41,284 nt of DNA from Hyphochytrium catenoides (GCA_900088475.1 FLMG01002024.1:1-41284), one strand, 5' to 3'; numbered from the stretch's first letter, positions 10,326 through 30,409 are shown. Numbers and translations are program-made. The notes: generated from the sequence alone by a model not told the origin.

Positions 10326-12359
10326 ATGACGCTTACCTGCACTGCCTGCAATCTGACCTTTGAGACTAGTGGCGAGCAGAGAGCTCACTATAAAGCCGAG
10401 TGGCACAGGTAGGACGAACTTTGATACACTGAGAAAATGGTCGCTCACAACTCCATCATATATTAATCGTCTGTCGTCTCTGGATGGTCCTTAGGTATAA
10501 CTTGAAGAGAAAGGTGGCGGGGCTTGGGGGTGTTTCTGAGGCAGACTATGAGAGAAGAAAAGAAGCAGCTCTGATACGCACAAAAACCGCCGAGCCGGTA
10601 GAGTTCAGTGGAAGATGTCACAACTGCAAGAAGAACTTTTTGAGCCAGAAGGCCTTCGACCAACACCGCCAGTCTAAGAAGCATCGTTTGGAGGTTAACA
10701 AACATGGCAATGGCTTAGAGCGCTTGGAAGTGAATGGTGTGATGATAGGGGAAGAGGAAGTTGTTGCGGACCGAAAGGATGAGGCCAGCGCTGTCAAGAA
10801 GAGCACCTCGATGGTTTCTCATCTGGAGAGACAGCGAATGACAGAAACTAATTTTGCACCTCATGCACCCGCTGAGGATAGTGAGAAAATGGACGAAGGG
10901 GAAGAGGAAGTTGCAGAAGGGGAGGAGAATCTTCAAAATAAGGACCTCACAGTGGACGATGTCAGCATTCTGGATTGCATCTTCTGCAATGTGAAAGGCA
11001 GCGACCTGGAGAGGTGAGAGCCTACGACATCTAACATTGGCTACACACACCAGAGAGCATTGGTTCCCTACACTTCTTCTTGGTACCTGATCTACGCCCA
11101 TTGTCCTTGAGCAAGACGATCGGTGTTTGATTACGTAACCCTCTTCTTGCAGATCGCCTCTTCCCCTGTCTTCTTCAGGTCCTTATGTTCTGCTTTTACC
11201 TCTTCAAAGTGACTGTGTTTCTAACGCCTCTTTCCCTCATTCTCCGTTTCCTTATTAGTATGGTGGCTCACATGCAAAAGGAGCACGGATTTTTCATCCC
11301 CGACATTGAGTACTTGGTGGACATCGAAGGGCTCCTGAAGTACCTATCATGCAAGGTGAAGATTGGACGCATTTGCCTTTACTGCAACGGCAAGGGGAAG
11401 AGCTTCAAGGCCTACGGAGACTGTCAGAAGCACATGCTTACCAAGTTTCACTGCAAACTCCGCTACGAGGAAGACAATGACTTGGAAGAATATGCTGAAT
11501 ATTATGACTTCTCTTCATCTTATGAGGGGCTAGAAGAAGAAGGAGATGATGCTGAAAGGAATCCTGCAGACGTGATGGAGGAAGAAGATGATGATGACTG
11601 GGAGACTGACGAGGAAGATGGAGAAGGTGAAGAAGATGATGATGCGGAGAACAAGCCCCTTGTCAGGAGGTAAGCTCTTCGAACTAGCGTCTTTCCCTTA
11701 TTAGAAGAAAACAATAGCAGTGTAATTGAATAAGCACCGCAGTGAAAGAGATAGAAAGAGGAAGGAAGGGAATGAGAGAGAAAATGAGAGAGCCAAACGT
11801 TGAGTCGGAACGTTTGGAAGAGATTTCTGAGAAGGATAGAAGCATTGCTCGCGATTTACTCTTCCGTACCTGCACAGGACGATTCGGATAGCTGATAATG
11901 GCGAGCTTGTCTTGCTGGACGGACGACGAGCAGGACTAAGAGAATTCCAGAGATATTATAGGCAGCATCTGAGGCCGAACGATGAGAGGGAGCAGGTGCT
12001 TGCGAACTCAAGAGAAAGGCTCCTCCTCATGTATAAGGATGCAGGCGTGAGCACCAAGACCGAGCTGGCAGTGACTTACCATAGCTCAATTGTGGTGAGC
12101 CATTTACATCGATTACAGACCTCTTTCTCTGTCTTTGTGGATGTTCTACAAAGGTTTCGCTAATCTCTGCTGCATCCCTAGTGTTCCTTGCATATGCCAT
12201 TGCCTTCCCACTCATCTTCTTTCCCTTCTGACCTTCGTGGTTCTTTGTGCCTTTCAGCGTCAAATCAAGGCCAGATTAAAGACCAAGAATCCCCACGAGC
12301 GAGCCCAGAGCAAACTCGAACGGCGGGCCCATAAGCTGCAAACTATGAGCTTTAGATGA
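10326..12359 (+). CDS. REI1: C2H2 zinc-finger 60S maturation factor REI1/REH1/ZNF622 (~435 aa, 5 exons)
   Basis: Exons 10326-10408, 10495-11013, 11259-11669, 11878-12070 and 12258-12359 (1308 nt). Motifs: MTLTCTAC...QRAHYKAEWHRYNLKRKVAGL, CHNC...HRQSKKH, CIFC...HMQKEHGFFIPDIEYLVD, CLYC...HMLTKFHCKL and GLREFQRYYRQ. The 3' end is less certain. Confidence 0.92.
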
Positions 12360-13157
12360 GCAACAGAATGTGGCCAGCATTACCCCTCTACATTTTCTTC
12401 CTGGCGGCTCTTCTGGTCTTTGCCCGCGTTGTGGTGCGAGTAAACCACTCGTCAGCTGGCTCTCAGTTCTACGTTTTAAGCTTCCAAAAGCTCCTCTTCG
12501 CTAGTAGTACTGAGGTCAAGCTAACTTCATGTGGTGAGTGGTGCAAGAGGCCCAAAGTGGCCGAAGTATCACATGCATAGCGGCGAGGACTACTCGCGTG
12601 GCTATCAGGCTGCCCAGGACATTGTCAATCGAGCCGCTTCAACAATGCCTTTTGAGCTGGGCTGCAGGACAGTTAGTTATATTAGTAGAGAAGTGCCAGA
12701 TGTACATAACTGGTACTCTCAGTATTACTAACCAAGAAGTTTTATAACTCTTTCCTTGGCAGTGTAAGTCTCTATCTAACATTCGCCTGATAGAGGTGAA
12801 CTCTTTGCTGCTTCTCACCTCCACTGCATCCGAGAGAGAACGTGACAGAGTAAGAGAATGTCCATCTACATGGGACTACCCTTTCTCCTTCTTATTACAG
12901 CTGAAGTCATCGCGACACCATGGATTCACTCTGCGCTGCCTCACCGCTGCGTGCTCTTGTTTCGCGACTGCTGAGTTGATATTGGATCTATTTGATATCT
13001 ATCTGCCGTCTATTGGTTGGAGTCCCTAAGGATAACCGTAAGGCTGCCTCTTCCGGTCAGCATGACCGGATATGGTAGGTACCTTCCCCATGAGCTTCAA
13101 TGTAGTGATGGACACAGGTCCTAGTGTATCCGCTTTCGCACAGCCTCGAAGGCCGCC

Positions 13158-15183
13158 TTATACATGTTCTTCTTTGCTGGTCCTTCCGATGTTGCCCTCC
13201 TCATTTCTTTCTTCGTCTTCCGAGAGGAAAGGTACCGCCATCTCGACTTCGGTCTCATGCGTACCATCCTCCATTCGGCTGGAGGTCCGCTTGACACGGT
13301 ATCCCTTGTCATGGGATTGGCGATCACCTACTGATATCAGTAGCACACCAAATATTAAAGCTGTCACCGCTATCGCATAGACCACATAGTGCCACAACGC
13401 CAAATCCCTCATCTCTTGGAAAACGATGAGGCCGCCCAGGCTGCCAAAGAACAGAAGAACGCCTTCATAGACCTGACAGACATACAGGGCACCCTTGTGC
13501 TCCCTGATCGCCACGTTCAAAATGAAAAGGCCGCCCAGCGCTGTGCTGATTGCCCCAAAGAGCATGAAATACGTAAACGGAGAGCGGAACACTCCCCATC
13601 CGTTATTAACCAGCAGCATGATCCCCTTCAGAAAATAGAGTTGCCCACCCACGAGCCCTACAAATTGAAAAAGAAAGCTCAGCGGGACACAAGGAACGCT
13701 CTTGCTACCGAACCGTGGCCACATTGTCCGGAGGTGGTCATGAAGGCCAGAAAGGAAGCTGAGTAGGGCAAACAACGGAACTGGACTCAACTATGCTTGC
13801 AAAAACAGAGGTGGAAACAAGTGGCAGAAGGCCGGGTACATAAAATATAGCTCAAAATGGGTGACAAGCTAGGATACGCTCAGCGGGTAATGGCAATGAG
13901 AGCCAATGTAGTCACAGCTCAGTCAGCACCTCCTCACCTGCTAGTAAAGATAACAGAAACTGACGCCAGCGAGGACCTAAGCAAAATCTTCCAGGCAAAC
14001 AGACAGACTGGAAGCGTGAAGAAGACAGGAGCTTGTGAGAAGAGGAGTGATTAAAGCAGTAACAAGCTGTCTATCAGAACAGCGACAGCGAGAGAAAGAG
14101 GATACAGGAAAGAGATAAGTTACAATAAAGAAGCAAGTGTTTGCGATGGCAGCGTCACACTCTCTTCCTCCTCTTACCGTCGTTATGGCTGCTACACCTA
14201 ATGCAACGGCGCTGAGATAACCCTGTACCGCAGGGTGCGCGAAGTGCTCCTGCAGTTCCTCAAGGTTCATGTCGGCTGTCTCATGGCTGCCTGACAGACT
14301 AACCTATTCACGACGAGGCACGATGAGAAGGATTAACACCCACAAAAGAGAGTGGAAAGATAGAGTAAGACTAGCAGGAGTATGGAGAAAGAGAGAACGT
14401 TAGCTTGGCGTGTTGATGGCTTAGGAAGAAATACACGAGGGCAAGAGAGAACTGTCTCTCGGCTTACCGCTACGGCGCCCACCAAGATAAGGCCGGTGGC
14501 TATCAAGGTGGAGGTAGAGACCTCTTCATGCAGCATCTTATTGCAAAGAAGCGTGTTGAAGGCCACGGTCAGACCTGTGGGCAGGGAAAGAGTGAAGAAG
14601 AGGAAGGTCACAGGTGATCAGCACAAGACACAGAGGCGCGAGAGGGCCAGAGAAACACTCTCTGAGGCCCTGACGCCAGGAAAGTGCCCCACAGGAGGAC
14701 AATAGTCAAGAAGGATTATGGTCAACACGGCAGAAGAGACAGAGATGGAGACATAAAGAAGAGTCAACAGAACACGAGTCCAGAAGGAGGATCTCTCAGG
14801 AGGTAACAAGACGACAGAGAGGATACAGTAGGGACTATGACAGAGGCGCCAAGCGAGAGTAAGATTACCGGAGACCGCAGTGGCAACGGGGTAGAAAGGA
14901 CGGAGAGAGTGTCAGATGGGCGAGGAAAGCGTCGTTGGCTTTAAAGATAGAGATGTCGGGTGTGGCTTGACAGACCTGCCATAGGCACCAGGATGGACTG
15001 CGCAGCGAACAGACAAGCCACAGCGGAGAGCGCAGGGTTCATCACTATCAGACAGCCCATCCCCAAGTACCAGCGCATAGGCGAGTGCTGGAGGTGGGCA
15101 ATCTTCAGGAGGACTTTGCCCAGAGAGCTGAAGACACAGGCGCATATTGACAAACCTAGCCCTAAGACCCATGCATACCCCAT
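13158..15183 (-). CDS. NIPA-family (DMT superfamily) putative magnesium transporter, multi-exon
   Basis: N-terminal LGLGLSICACVFSSLGKVLLK, W.LGMGC...FAAQSILVPMAGLTVAFNTLL...LHE, and QLYFLKG...YQ-like VYEGVLLFFGSLGGLIVFQE. About 9 hydrophobic segments and GT-AG introns. Confidence 0.8.
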
Positions 15184-15599
15184 GGCCCCACGAAGAGCGA
15201 GCGAGCGAGAGAGACAGAGAGAGAGAAAGAGAGAACGGAGAAAGCTCGGAGACGCCGCTAAAGCGTAAGGACCAGGAGGCAGCGGGTCTGCGGTTGTCCA
15301 GCAGAGTCTTCACCCACTACGAACTACCTCTTTCGCATCGCTTCGACGCTCTCTTGTTGGTTCTCTTATCGCTGTGGCGAAGCAGACCTTAGGGAGCTTT
15401 AGCGTTGCGAGTCTAAGTGGCTTGGAGCGAGCAGCAATGGGGACAGAAATGAGCGGCGGCGCGGGAGGAGTTTGTACCGGGGAAGAAGCTCTGGTCTGGC
15501 GGGAGGAAGGCGCTCATGTGACTTGGACTGGCGACAGAGGAGAGGAGGAACCTGAAGATAGATAGAAAAGGGCAGGTGACACGATGAAATGAGAGGAAG

Positions 15600-15678
15600 T
15601 TGGGAGAAAGGAGAGAGAGAGTGAGAGCGAGAACGAGAGTGACCTGGAGAGAAACACATACAGAGAAAGAGGGAGAAA

Positions 15679-15725
<47 letters not shown>
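15600..15725. repeat. (GA)n microsatellite
   Basis: Pure GA run at about 15684-15722 with purine-rich flanks. Confidence 0.95.
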
Positions 15726-15727
<2 letters not shown>

Positions 15728-15973
15728 AGATTCATGTCTACTTCAAATCAAGTGAAATCGCACAAAGGCCCGACTAATCCTATTCCGCCCTCAGAGGATC
15801 TCAACCCTAGCAGTCTCATAACGATGGAACGAGAAGATCTGATTGTAGGCCGCTTGAATCTCCTTAGTCATCACCGACAATGACGCTAACGGCTAGCCCC
15901 AGGAATGTTGATGAAGGTGGTTGAAAGAGGAAGAACGAAGATACTCGGCCCAAGACAAATACCTCTCCGTTTT

Positions 15974-15978
<5 letters not shown>

Positions 15979-16019
<41 letters not shown>

Positions 16020-16030
16020 TCTCCCTCTCT
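15979..16030. repeat. (CT)n microsatellite
   Basis: Near-pure CT run upstream of the glutathione synthetase start. Confidence 0.95.
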
Positions 16031-16193
16031 GGATGGGGCCGCTTGTTCATCCCTTCTGGCTCATCCCCGAATCTTACCCTTGTAAGCATCAAGAGCTCAT
16101 TGGCGAGAGGACAAGGAATCGGGCTTTATATCGTCATCAGGAGACTGGCAGACGAGAAAGAAGCTCAGTTAGGTTCGTGGAAGTTCATATTCT

Positions 16194-19100
16194 ATGGAGG
16201 AGTTTCAGCAGCTGTCACTCCCTGATGAGGAGCTGAGGGACCTCACGGAGCAAGCCATCTCCTGGGCACTCTCTCATGGGCTGTTGATGACCAAGCAGCC
16301 CGGAGAGGCGCATCATGTCCCGTTCTCTCTTCTTCCCATTCGGGTGAGACTTTGTTTTTCCTGGCCTTAGTTCTTCGTAGAGCTCCTCCCCCCAATCTCT
16401 CTCTGTCCTTCCTTCTCTCTCTCTTCCCAACCTCCCCCATCCTCTCTCTTTGTCTCCGCCTCTCTCCCTTTTTCTCTTGTTCCTCTTCTTCTTCCCTTGC
16501 TAGCTTAGCTTGAACTATCTGCCTAGCCTCCGCCAGTCACCAAGAGCTTTTTCTTCGCTGTGACACTCCCTTCTTCCCTAACACTTTTCTGGGCTGGTTG
16601 CTCTCTGTTTTATTGTCTTAGTACCCCGCCTCGGAGTTTCAGAAGGCGACAGAGCTTTCTCGACTCTTTTGCAAGATGACAGATGCAATTAGCCGAGATC
16701 CAGAGTGGCTCTGCAGGACCCTGGAGCCGTAGGTCCATCTTTTGAATGTCTTCATATCTCTTTGCCACTCCTCCTGCTCTCTGGTTTGTATCCATTCTTC
16801 TCTCTCACATCCTCTCTCTGTGTTGTCTCTTCTTCTGACCGCCTGAAGCTGTCTCCTACTCTCTCGACAGAGTCCTCGAAAAGGACGACTTCACAGCTAG
16901 GCTGGTCGACATCTATCGCAAGGTCACCGCAGAAGGACCAGTACAGGTAAATATAGGGCCATGCCCTAGTGCTACACGCTCAGAGATAGCGGAGAGAGAA
17001 AGACACACACAAAGTGACAGAGCGATGGGCAAAGCCACCTAAGAGGACTGCGTGGGACTGAGTTGGCAAAGGAGAAGAAGAAGCAGCTGAGATTCAGAGG
17101 CTATACATCACGGCTTACAAGCACTACTTCTCTCGCGCCTTCTCCTTCTCTCACTGTTACTGCTCAGAGCTGTTCTCTGGGGATCTTGCGGTCGGACTAC
17201 ATGCTGCATGAGGTGGATGGAGAGGCTCCTCGACTATTGCAAGTAGAGCTGAATACTATCTCCTGTGCCTTTGCGGGCCTCAGTACGTTGACGTCCCAAC
17301 TGCATAAGTAAGCGGCTCATTCTCTACATTCCTGCCTATACCTGCAGGTCTACCCCTAACTATTTCGTGCCCAGAAGGTTCTACTCTACTCGATAAGCGA
17401 AGTGGCCTAGGGATAGCGGAGTTGTATCTCGTATCTCTCAGCCCCTAGTGTTGAGTCATGTCCTCTCTCCCTAATCTCGCCACTTTGGGCTTACAGCCCG
17501 GGCTTTCTGTTGGGGGTGACTTACATTTTGTCTGGCACCTGTGCCGCTTAGGTACATGGTGGAGCGTCTAGGACCGCAATATCCGTCCATATTGCGCTTT
17601 CTGGGCCTTGAGAGTGTGAATCCAGAAAAGAACCAGCGCATGCCGGAGAATAGAGCGGTGATGGAGCTGGCCAAGGCTATAGCAGGAGCTCATGAGTACT
17701 ATGGCAAAGACAAGTAAGGACCTTGGCTTTTCTCCCAGTCACGCACCTCCGCCTAGGTCCAATGAAGTTTAACTGTCCCTGGCAGTTGACCCATCCTTTC
17801 CTTCTTTGTACCTCTTCTGCGTTGAAAGAGCATGGGTGCTTAGTCGCTTCCGTATTGCTCTTCCACATTGTCTCAGCGATTCCTTTTTTTTCGGCTTCTC
17901 AAATTGTCTGGATCTTCTGCCTCTACTCGTAGGGCCTTTGTTCTCTTTGTGGTTCAAGAAGGAGAAAAGAATAACATCGACCAGCGATTGTTGGAATATG
18001 CGCTCTGGGAAGGTCATAGAGTGAAGGTTATCAGACGATCGTTAGGGCAGGTACATAGTCTGGGATGTATCTATGTCCAACTCCTCCTTCGTCTACTTTC
18101 TCTCCCGTCCATCCCTCTCCCTCCATCTCTAGCCCCTGCTCTTCCCCTTCGTTTCTATCTCCAACTCTCATGTTTTCACCCGTGTCCCCGTCTCTTTCAA
18201 ACGCATTAGTTATTGTCACTTTTACCAAGTTTTGGAATTTCAGATTGCCGCTCAAGGCCGGTTGGAAGGGGAAGGGAGAGTGTTGATGCTGGGAGACCTT
18301 GAAATATCTGTGGGATACTTCAGAGCCGGGTAGGTAAGGGAGCGGGCGGAAGAAGAGACTTGAAGGAGAGAGACATCATGGTAGCAGCAAGGAAAAGTGG
18401 TAGAGAGAGAGAGAAAGAGAGAAGAGAGACAGACAGACAGAAATGGAAGGATATTTTCAGGAGGTTAGAGTAGTCATTTGGGGAAGGCAGAGAGAGCGAC
18501 GATTGCATCGAGAGAAGTTCCACGGCTCTGATGGCCCCCGCCCTTCTCTTCCTTGGCCTAGGTATACTCCCAGAGACTTTCCAAGTGAGAGAGAATGGGA
18601 CGCCTTGCTTCTTCTGGAACGGTCTGCAGCTATTCTCTGTCCTTCTCTTGGTTATCATCTAGCAGGAGCCAAGAAGGTGCAGCAGAAAGTGGCTGGGAAG
18701 GGACAGGTCGAGCGCTTTCTACCGAAAGACGAGAGCGAAAAGGTTCGGGAGAGCTTTGCAGGGCTTTGGGGACTGGAGAAGAACTCGCCCGAGACGGAGA
18801 GGTACAGCGTAATGGGTTCATGCTTTAGGGCTCTCCTAAGCTTTGATCTAGACTTTCCTTTTGGGTTCCTCGTGGCTCCTTCTTGTCTCTGTGTGAATGA
18901 CTAATCCTTTCTCCTCGCGCAGAGCTGTCTCCCAGGCCCTAGAGACTCCTGAACTCTTTGTCATGAAGCCTCAAAGAGAGGGCGGCGGGAACAATTACTA
19001 TGGACAAGATGTTAAGCAGGCGTTAGAGAGAATGTCAGGAGAGGAGAAAGCTGCGTACATCCTCATGGCCAGAATATGTCCCAAGACGCAGTCAGCTGTA

Positions 19101-19741
19101 CGTTTTCACTGCTCTTCTTCTGCCTTTCTGTCACACTCTTGGTATGATATACTATCTGTTTCTCGTCTGCTCTCTCTCTCTNNNNNNNNNNNNNNNNNNN
19201 NNNCTCTCTCTCTCGTTCCCTCGCCTCTCTTGCTGCCAGTCTGCTGCTTCCCTTTCTGCACCCATCGAAGTAAGGTCTTAGGGCTCTCCTATGAATGTCT
19301 TCTACGCCTAGTTGCCCGGTCGAAACTTGCTCAATTCGTTCTTGTATGTGCTGGCCCTTTCTTTCGATTGACTCCGTTATACTTCTTTCGTTCTTACATA
19401 TGCACCTCGTGTCCCGTCGGGAGTTCTTCCCTCAGCTCTACATTTCCTCTCCTACCGTCTATAAAGAAGCTCTCTGACTGAGCTCCATCCGTTCTCCGCA
19501 GATCCTAGTCCGGAATGGTCAAAGTCAATGTGGTCCAACCCTCAGCGAGCTTGGGATGTTTGCTGTTTGCCTGTTCGACGAGGAGAAGATAGATACAGCC
19601 GATGAGAGGGTGAATCCGCGGAAAGGAAGAGAGATCTTCAGCAGACACGCAGGACACTTACTCCGAACAAAGCTGGACGGCACAAATGAGGGCGGCGTGG
19701 CTTCAGGTTACGCTGTGTTGGCCAGCCCACTGCTCTGTTAG
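16194..19741 (+). CDS. GSS: Eukaryotic glutathione synthetase, multi-exon
   Basis: Spliced segments MEEFQQ...WALSHGLL...[99 protein letters not shown] and [15 protein letters not shown] are the ATP-grasp GSH synthetase signatures. Confidence 0.95.
19182..19203. other. Assembly gap (N run) inside an intronic CT repeat
   Basis: 22 N bases flanked by ctct. Confidence 0.99.
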
Positions 19742-19905
19742 ACAATAAGTAGAGCTCAGAGCTCTTCTATAAATAAGCCCATTCAAACATTCTCATGTAA
19801 TCACTTCCATTTTCTTCGAAGACGCTGCCAGCGAGAGAGAGAAAGAGAGAGAGAAACATTTATAAAAAGAAAGGGAAAAAGAAAGAAAAGGAGAGAGAGA
19901 GAGAG

Positions 19906-19939
<34 letters not shown>

Positions 19940-20310
19940 CCTTGGAGGGCACGTATGATGTCCGCAGAGTGCAGCAGAAGGAAGAAGAGGGAGGTCAGGT
20001 TGGTTGCTGAGGCCTTTCAACTTCAAGATTCTGATCAGACCATGAACGCCTCCTGAATATTAGCCGCCCCTCTGCAGCCAGTAAGAATATACTCCGGAGT
20101 ATAAAAGTATCTGTACCTGAAGATACACCGCCTCGTCAGACCACACTCAAGTCAACAGCTCGCTCTCACTCTTTCTCTCTCGCTTTCTTTCTCACAGTCC
20201 CTCTGTCTCTCCGTTCTGGCCCTCTCTGTCTCTCTCTCACCTTCACCTCTCTCCTCTCTGTCTCGGTCTGCCTTTAGCTCTTTTTAACAAAATTTTATTC
20301 CCAAAGTCTC

Positions 20311-20347
<37 letters not shown>

Positions 20348-20356
20348 NNNNNNNNN
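20348..20356. other. Assembly gap (N run) following a CT repeat
   Basis: 9 N bases after (CT)n. Confidence 0.99.
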
Positions 20357-20446
20357 CATCAGAAGCTCCTGCTCTAAGGCCAGAAGAACACTGAGGCGCC
20401 AGAAGAGCTTGAGCAGTAAGGGCCTAGGCAGGGGCAACACCCGAAG

Positions 20447-22260
20447 ATGGGTCAAGTCTCCAGCTGCTGCTTGGGCAGTGCGGATGACGGTATGCGAGCT
20501 CCTTTCTTTTATGTCCCCTCTCTTCCTCAAGTGTCTCCCTGTCTGTCTCACTCGTTCTCTCTCTCTCTCTCTCTCTCGCGCGCTCGCTCGCTCGCGCCCC
20601 CACACTCTGTGTCCTCTCTCATATTCTGGTCTTCCCTTTGTGGTAGATCCTAAAGTGAATAGCTCGCGGACTGGCGGGAAAGGTCTGTTTGGGCAGTTGG
20701 GCTCCGGAGAGGAAGATGGGAAACCTGAAGCCAAGTAAGCACCGGCGACCACTCTCTTTCTCACACTCTCTCTCTCTCTCTCACTCCCTCCCCCCCACAC
20801 TCTTACTCCTTCTCCCTCTTATCTCTCTCCTTCACACGCACACAGACATACTTCTTACTGTACTCGGTCACACCTTCTGCTTGCATCCCATCCTCTCTGC
20901 ACCTTGCGTCAAGTCTTCACCTTCTGACTTTCCTGTTGGCCGTCTGCTAGCAGTCATGAGCAGCAAGAAGTGGAAGAGCAGCGAGAAGCACTAGAGCAGC
21001 AACGGATTGCCCAGCTTGTTCAGCGCACTGAGGAGTAAGTTTATGGGTGGCTGAGGATAGGAAAGTGCTCTTAGGCAAAAGTGGCTCTACTCGTTATCTG
21101 AAATCCACGAGAGACTCTGCTTCGACTAGCCCCGCACTTGGAGACAGAGACGTATGTGTATGTATAAAGAGACAAGAGATGAGAGAGAGTGGGAGAGACA
21201 CAGAAAGAGGGAGGTTGAGAGAGATAGCGAGAGAAGAAGAGGACGGGCGAGGTGCCTTGCACAGCCTCTTAACGGAAGGTGAGACGACGGCACGTAAGAG
21301 AGACAGGAGAACAAGAGAAGGCAGATAGAGGAGGAGGGAAAGGACTTGCATCGTCCGAAGATAGGGCGGCAACCCAGTCGTTATGGCTCTAACGCTGAGA
21401 GTGGCTATAGGGCATTTTTTGATGTCTCTCTGAAGCGCGAGTCATTAGACAAGGAGGATCTACAGCAGCACTCGGAAGCCTACAGGTGAGAGATAGACGC
21501 GTCCGCCCTCCGTCTTTCCATTTACATCCTTTTCTATTGCTTGCATCCCTGGCTTGATAGGGAGAATCTCCGGCTCTTAACTCTAATGATTATTTTCCAC
21601 AGCCTTCTCTATCCTCTGCCGGCACCCCAAACCGTGGGTCTGGAGAATGGGATATCCCCGTTCTTTCTCTTCTCATTTTTGTCGTGAGCATTCCTTACAT
21701 CTCTCAGCTATTTTTTCGTCATATCTTGGTACTTCCATCAATAACCCTTTTGCTTGCCTTTGTCGCTAGGTCTCATCTGAAAGAGAGTCATCTGGACGAT
21801 GTCGCCCTTTCTGCCCTCTGGACCCTGCCTCAACGCCCAAGTTCCGTCCCTGCGGTAGTTGAGATTCTGAAGTCGGCCTCTCACACAGCCGAAGACTCAC
21901 AACTGGTGAATTTACTCGAGCTGTGGACTTGCCCTTGGCAAGCCTTTTTCTCTGTGTCAACCTTCCCTTGTTTTCCGAAGACTATCGTCTGCTCTATGTG
22001 CCTATATTTGACCTTACTACTTTGCCTGCCATGTGGCGAGACCTTAACTTGCCTCCTCTCTTTTGCCTTCCTGTTAGCCATATAAGGGTCCGGTCATACT
22101 CTCCTTCTGTTAAGCCCTTAAGATTTTCTTCTTCTGCCATCTTCGTCGTTGTGACTTCTATCATCAGGTCCAGAAGGTGTGGGCCCATCTGGAGTCATCG
22201 ACAAGGAAGGAGCTCATGCCCGCTTCAAGGCTGAAGCTTGTAGTTGATGCAACGAGCTAG
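20447..22260 (+). CDS. LAMTOR1: LAMTOR1/p18/Ego1-like lipidated Ragulator anchor subunit (~172 aa, 6 exons)
   Basis: Exons 20447-20489, 20647-20734, 20951-21034, 21411-21485, 21770-21905 and 22168-22260 (519 nt, all GT-AG, one frame). The N-terminus MGQVSSCCLG has a myristoylation Gly and palmitoylatable CC. The core EQQRIAQLVQRTEEAFFDVS...LDKEDLQQHSEAYRSHL parallels the LAMTOR1 EQ.LL..IL.KT...IIDVS...EY..R..QY...L pattern, and the protein ends in LVVD. Confidence 0.75.
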
Positions 22261-22652
22261 CCTCGGGACCCCCTAGTAGGACCCTGATTACCATATAGAG
22301 AAAGAAAGCTAGACGACGCGATAGAGAGATGAGGTGAAGATGGAGAGAAGTATTCTTTGCGCACAGACAAAGCAAGAGAGACAGAGAGAGAAGAGGGACA
22401 GAGAGAGAAGAGGGACAGAGAGAGAAGAGAAGAGACAGAGAGAGAATAAGAGCCACGAAGCCCAAGAGATGAAGCCCATTGGATCGTGGCTTTTACAGGC
22501 AGAAGACAAAGGTTTTGCGATAGGCATATAGGCCAGAGACATGGCGAAAGCTCACAAAATTTTAACAGCAGTGTGGCTCTCTGCTGGAAGAGAGAGGCCA
22601 TTCATAGACAGTAACTATGATAACTTCTCTCTGCGTCTAGACTACTTGCTGG

Positions 22653-29479
<6,827 letters not shown>

Positions 29480-30409
29480 TCACTATCCGTATCGTCTTCC
29501 TCTTAGGTTCCTCCAATCAGTTCGTTCTTGCTCTTATATGCTTCTCCATACTCGCTCACCTCACTTCTGCTTGTCACTACCGTCTCACAGTCTTTGAGCA
29601 AGTAGCCGCACACTGTCATACTTTTATTCTCAAACTCACCTGCTGGGATAAGCGTACGCCACCGTTCTCGAACGAAGAGTACCGCGATTCCACTGAGTTT
29701 CGCCATTCTAGATGCCCGGCGCCTTCGCTCTGCTGAGAGCCGCCATGACGACTCCGGGGCCTGGAGGTACTGGAATCCATCCTTCCAACTAATGCCAGGC
29801 CTTAGAGTCTGTCAGCGCGCGATCTTCGGAAACCGTGGCCTATTAGCACCCCGCTCTCAGCGCCTCAGCGAATGCGACTGGCGTGGTACTGATGCTGACA
29901 GAATCCATCGCTCGTGGCAACCTCAGGTTAATCTCTCCTCCTTACTCCTCAACCTGCATGTCGACCGTCAAGGATCCTAGTTGATGACCGGAAGGAATGC
30001 CCTGGAGTGGCGAGAGCGTCCGCTGGTCAGATCAAACGCAGTCCTAGCATCTAACTGCAGCTTGTCTGATGAAAGGAAAATGTTGTCACGCTGCCCCTTC
30101 CTGCCACTCAGACGAGATGGTGATACGTATCTTCGGTCCAAAGCCTCACAGCTTGTCTCTTGAGATGCACGTAGTCTGGTGCACCACAAAGAGAGATAGG
30201 CGATGTGGCTGTGGCAGGCAAGTGAACCAAGCTCTGTATCGTCTTCCCTTTGCCTCTTCTATTCAGCGTATCATACTGCAAGCGAGACTGGAGTGCGATC
30301 GCGGGTCTGTGTAGAGAAGGTAGGCGGGAGCAGCGGGTATGCCATACCCGTAGCTGGGAGACCGAGAAGCCAAGATGCACCAGGAAAGAGACAGACACAT
30401 GATGCGGAG

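Noticed and set aside
12356-13029. Small ORFs between REI1 and NIPA
   Set aside because: No motifs or coherent splice model; probably convergent 3' UTRs.
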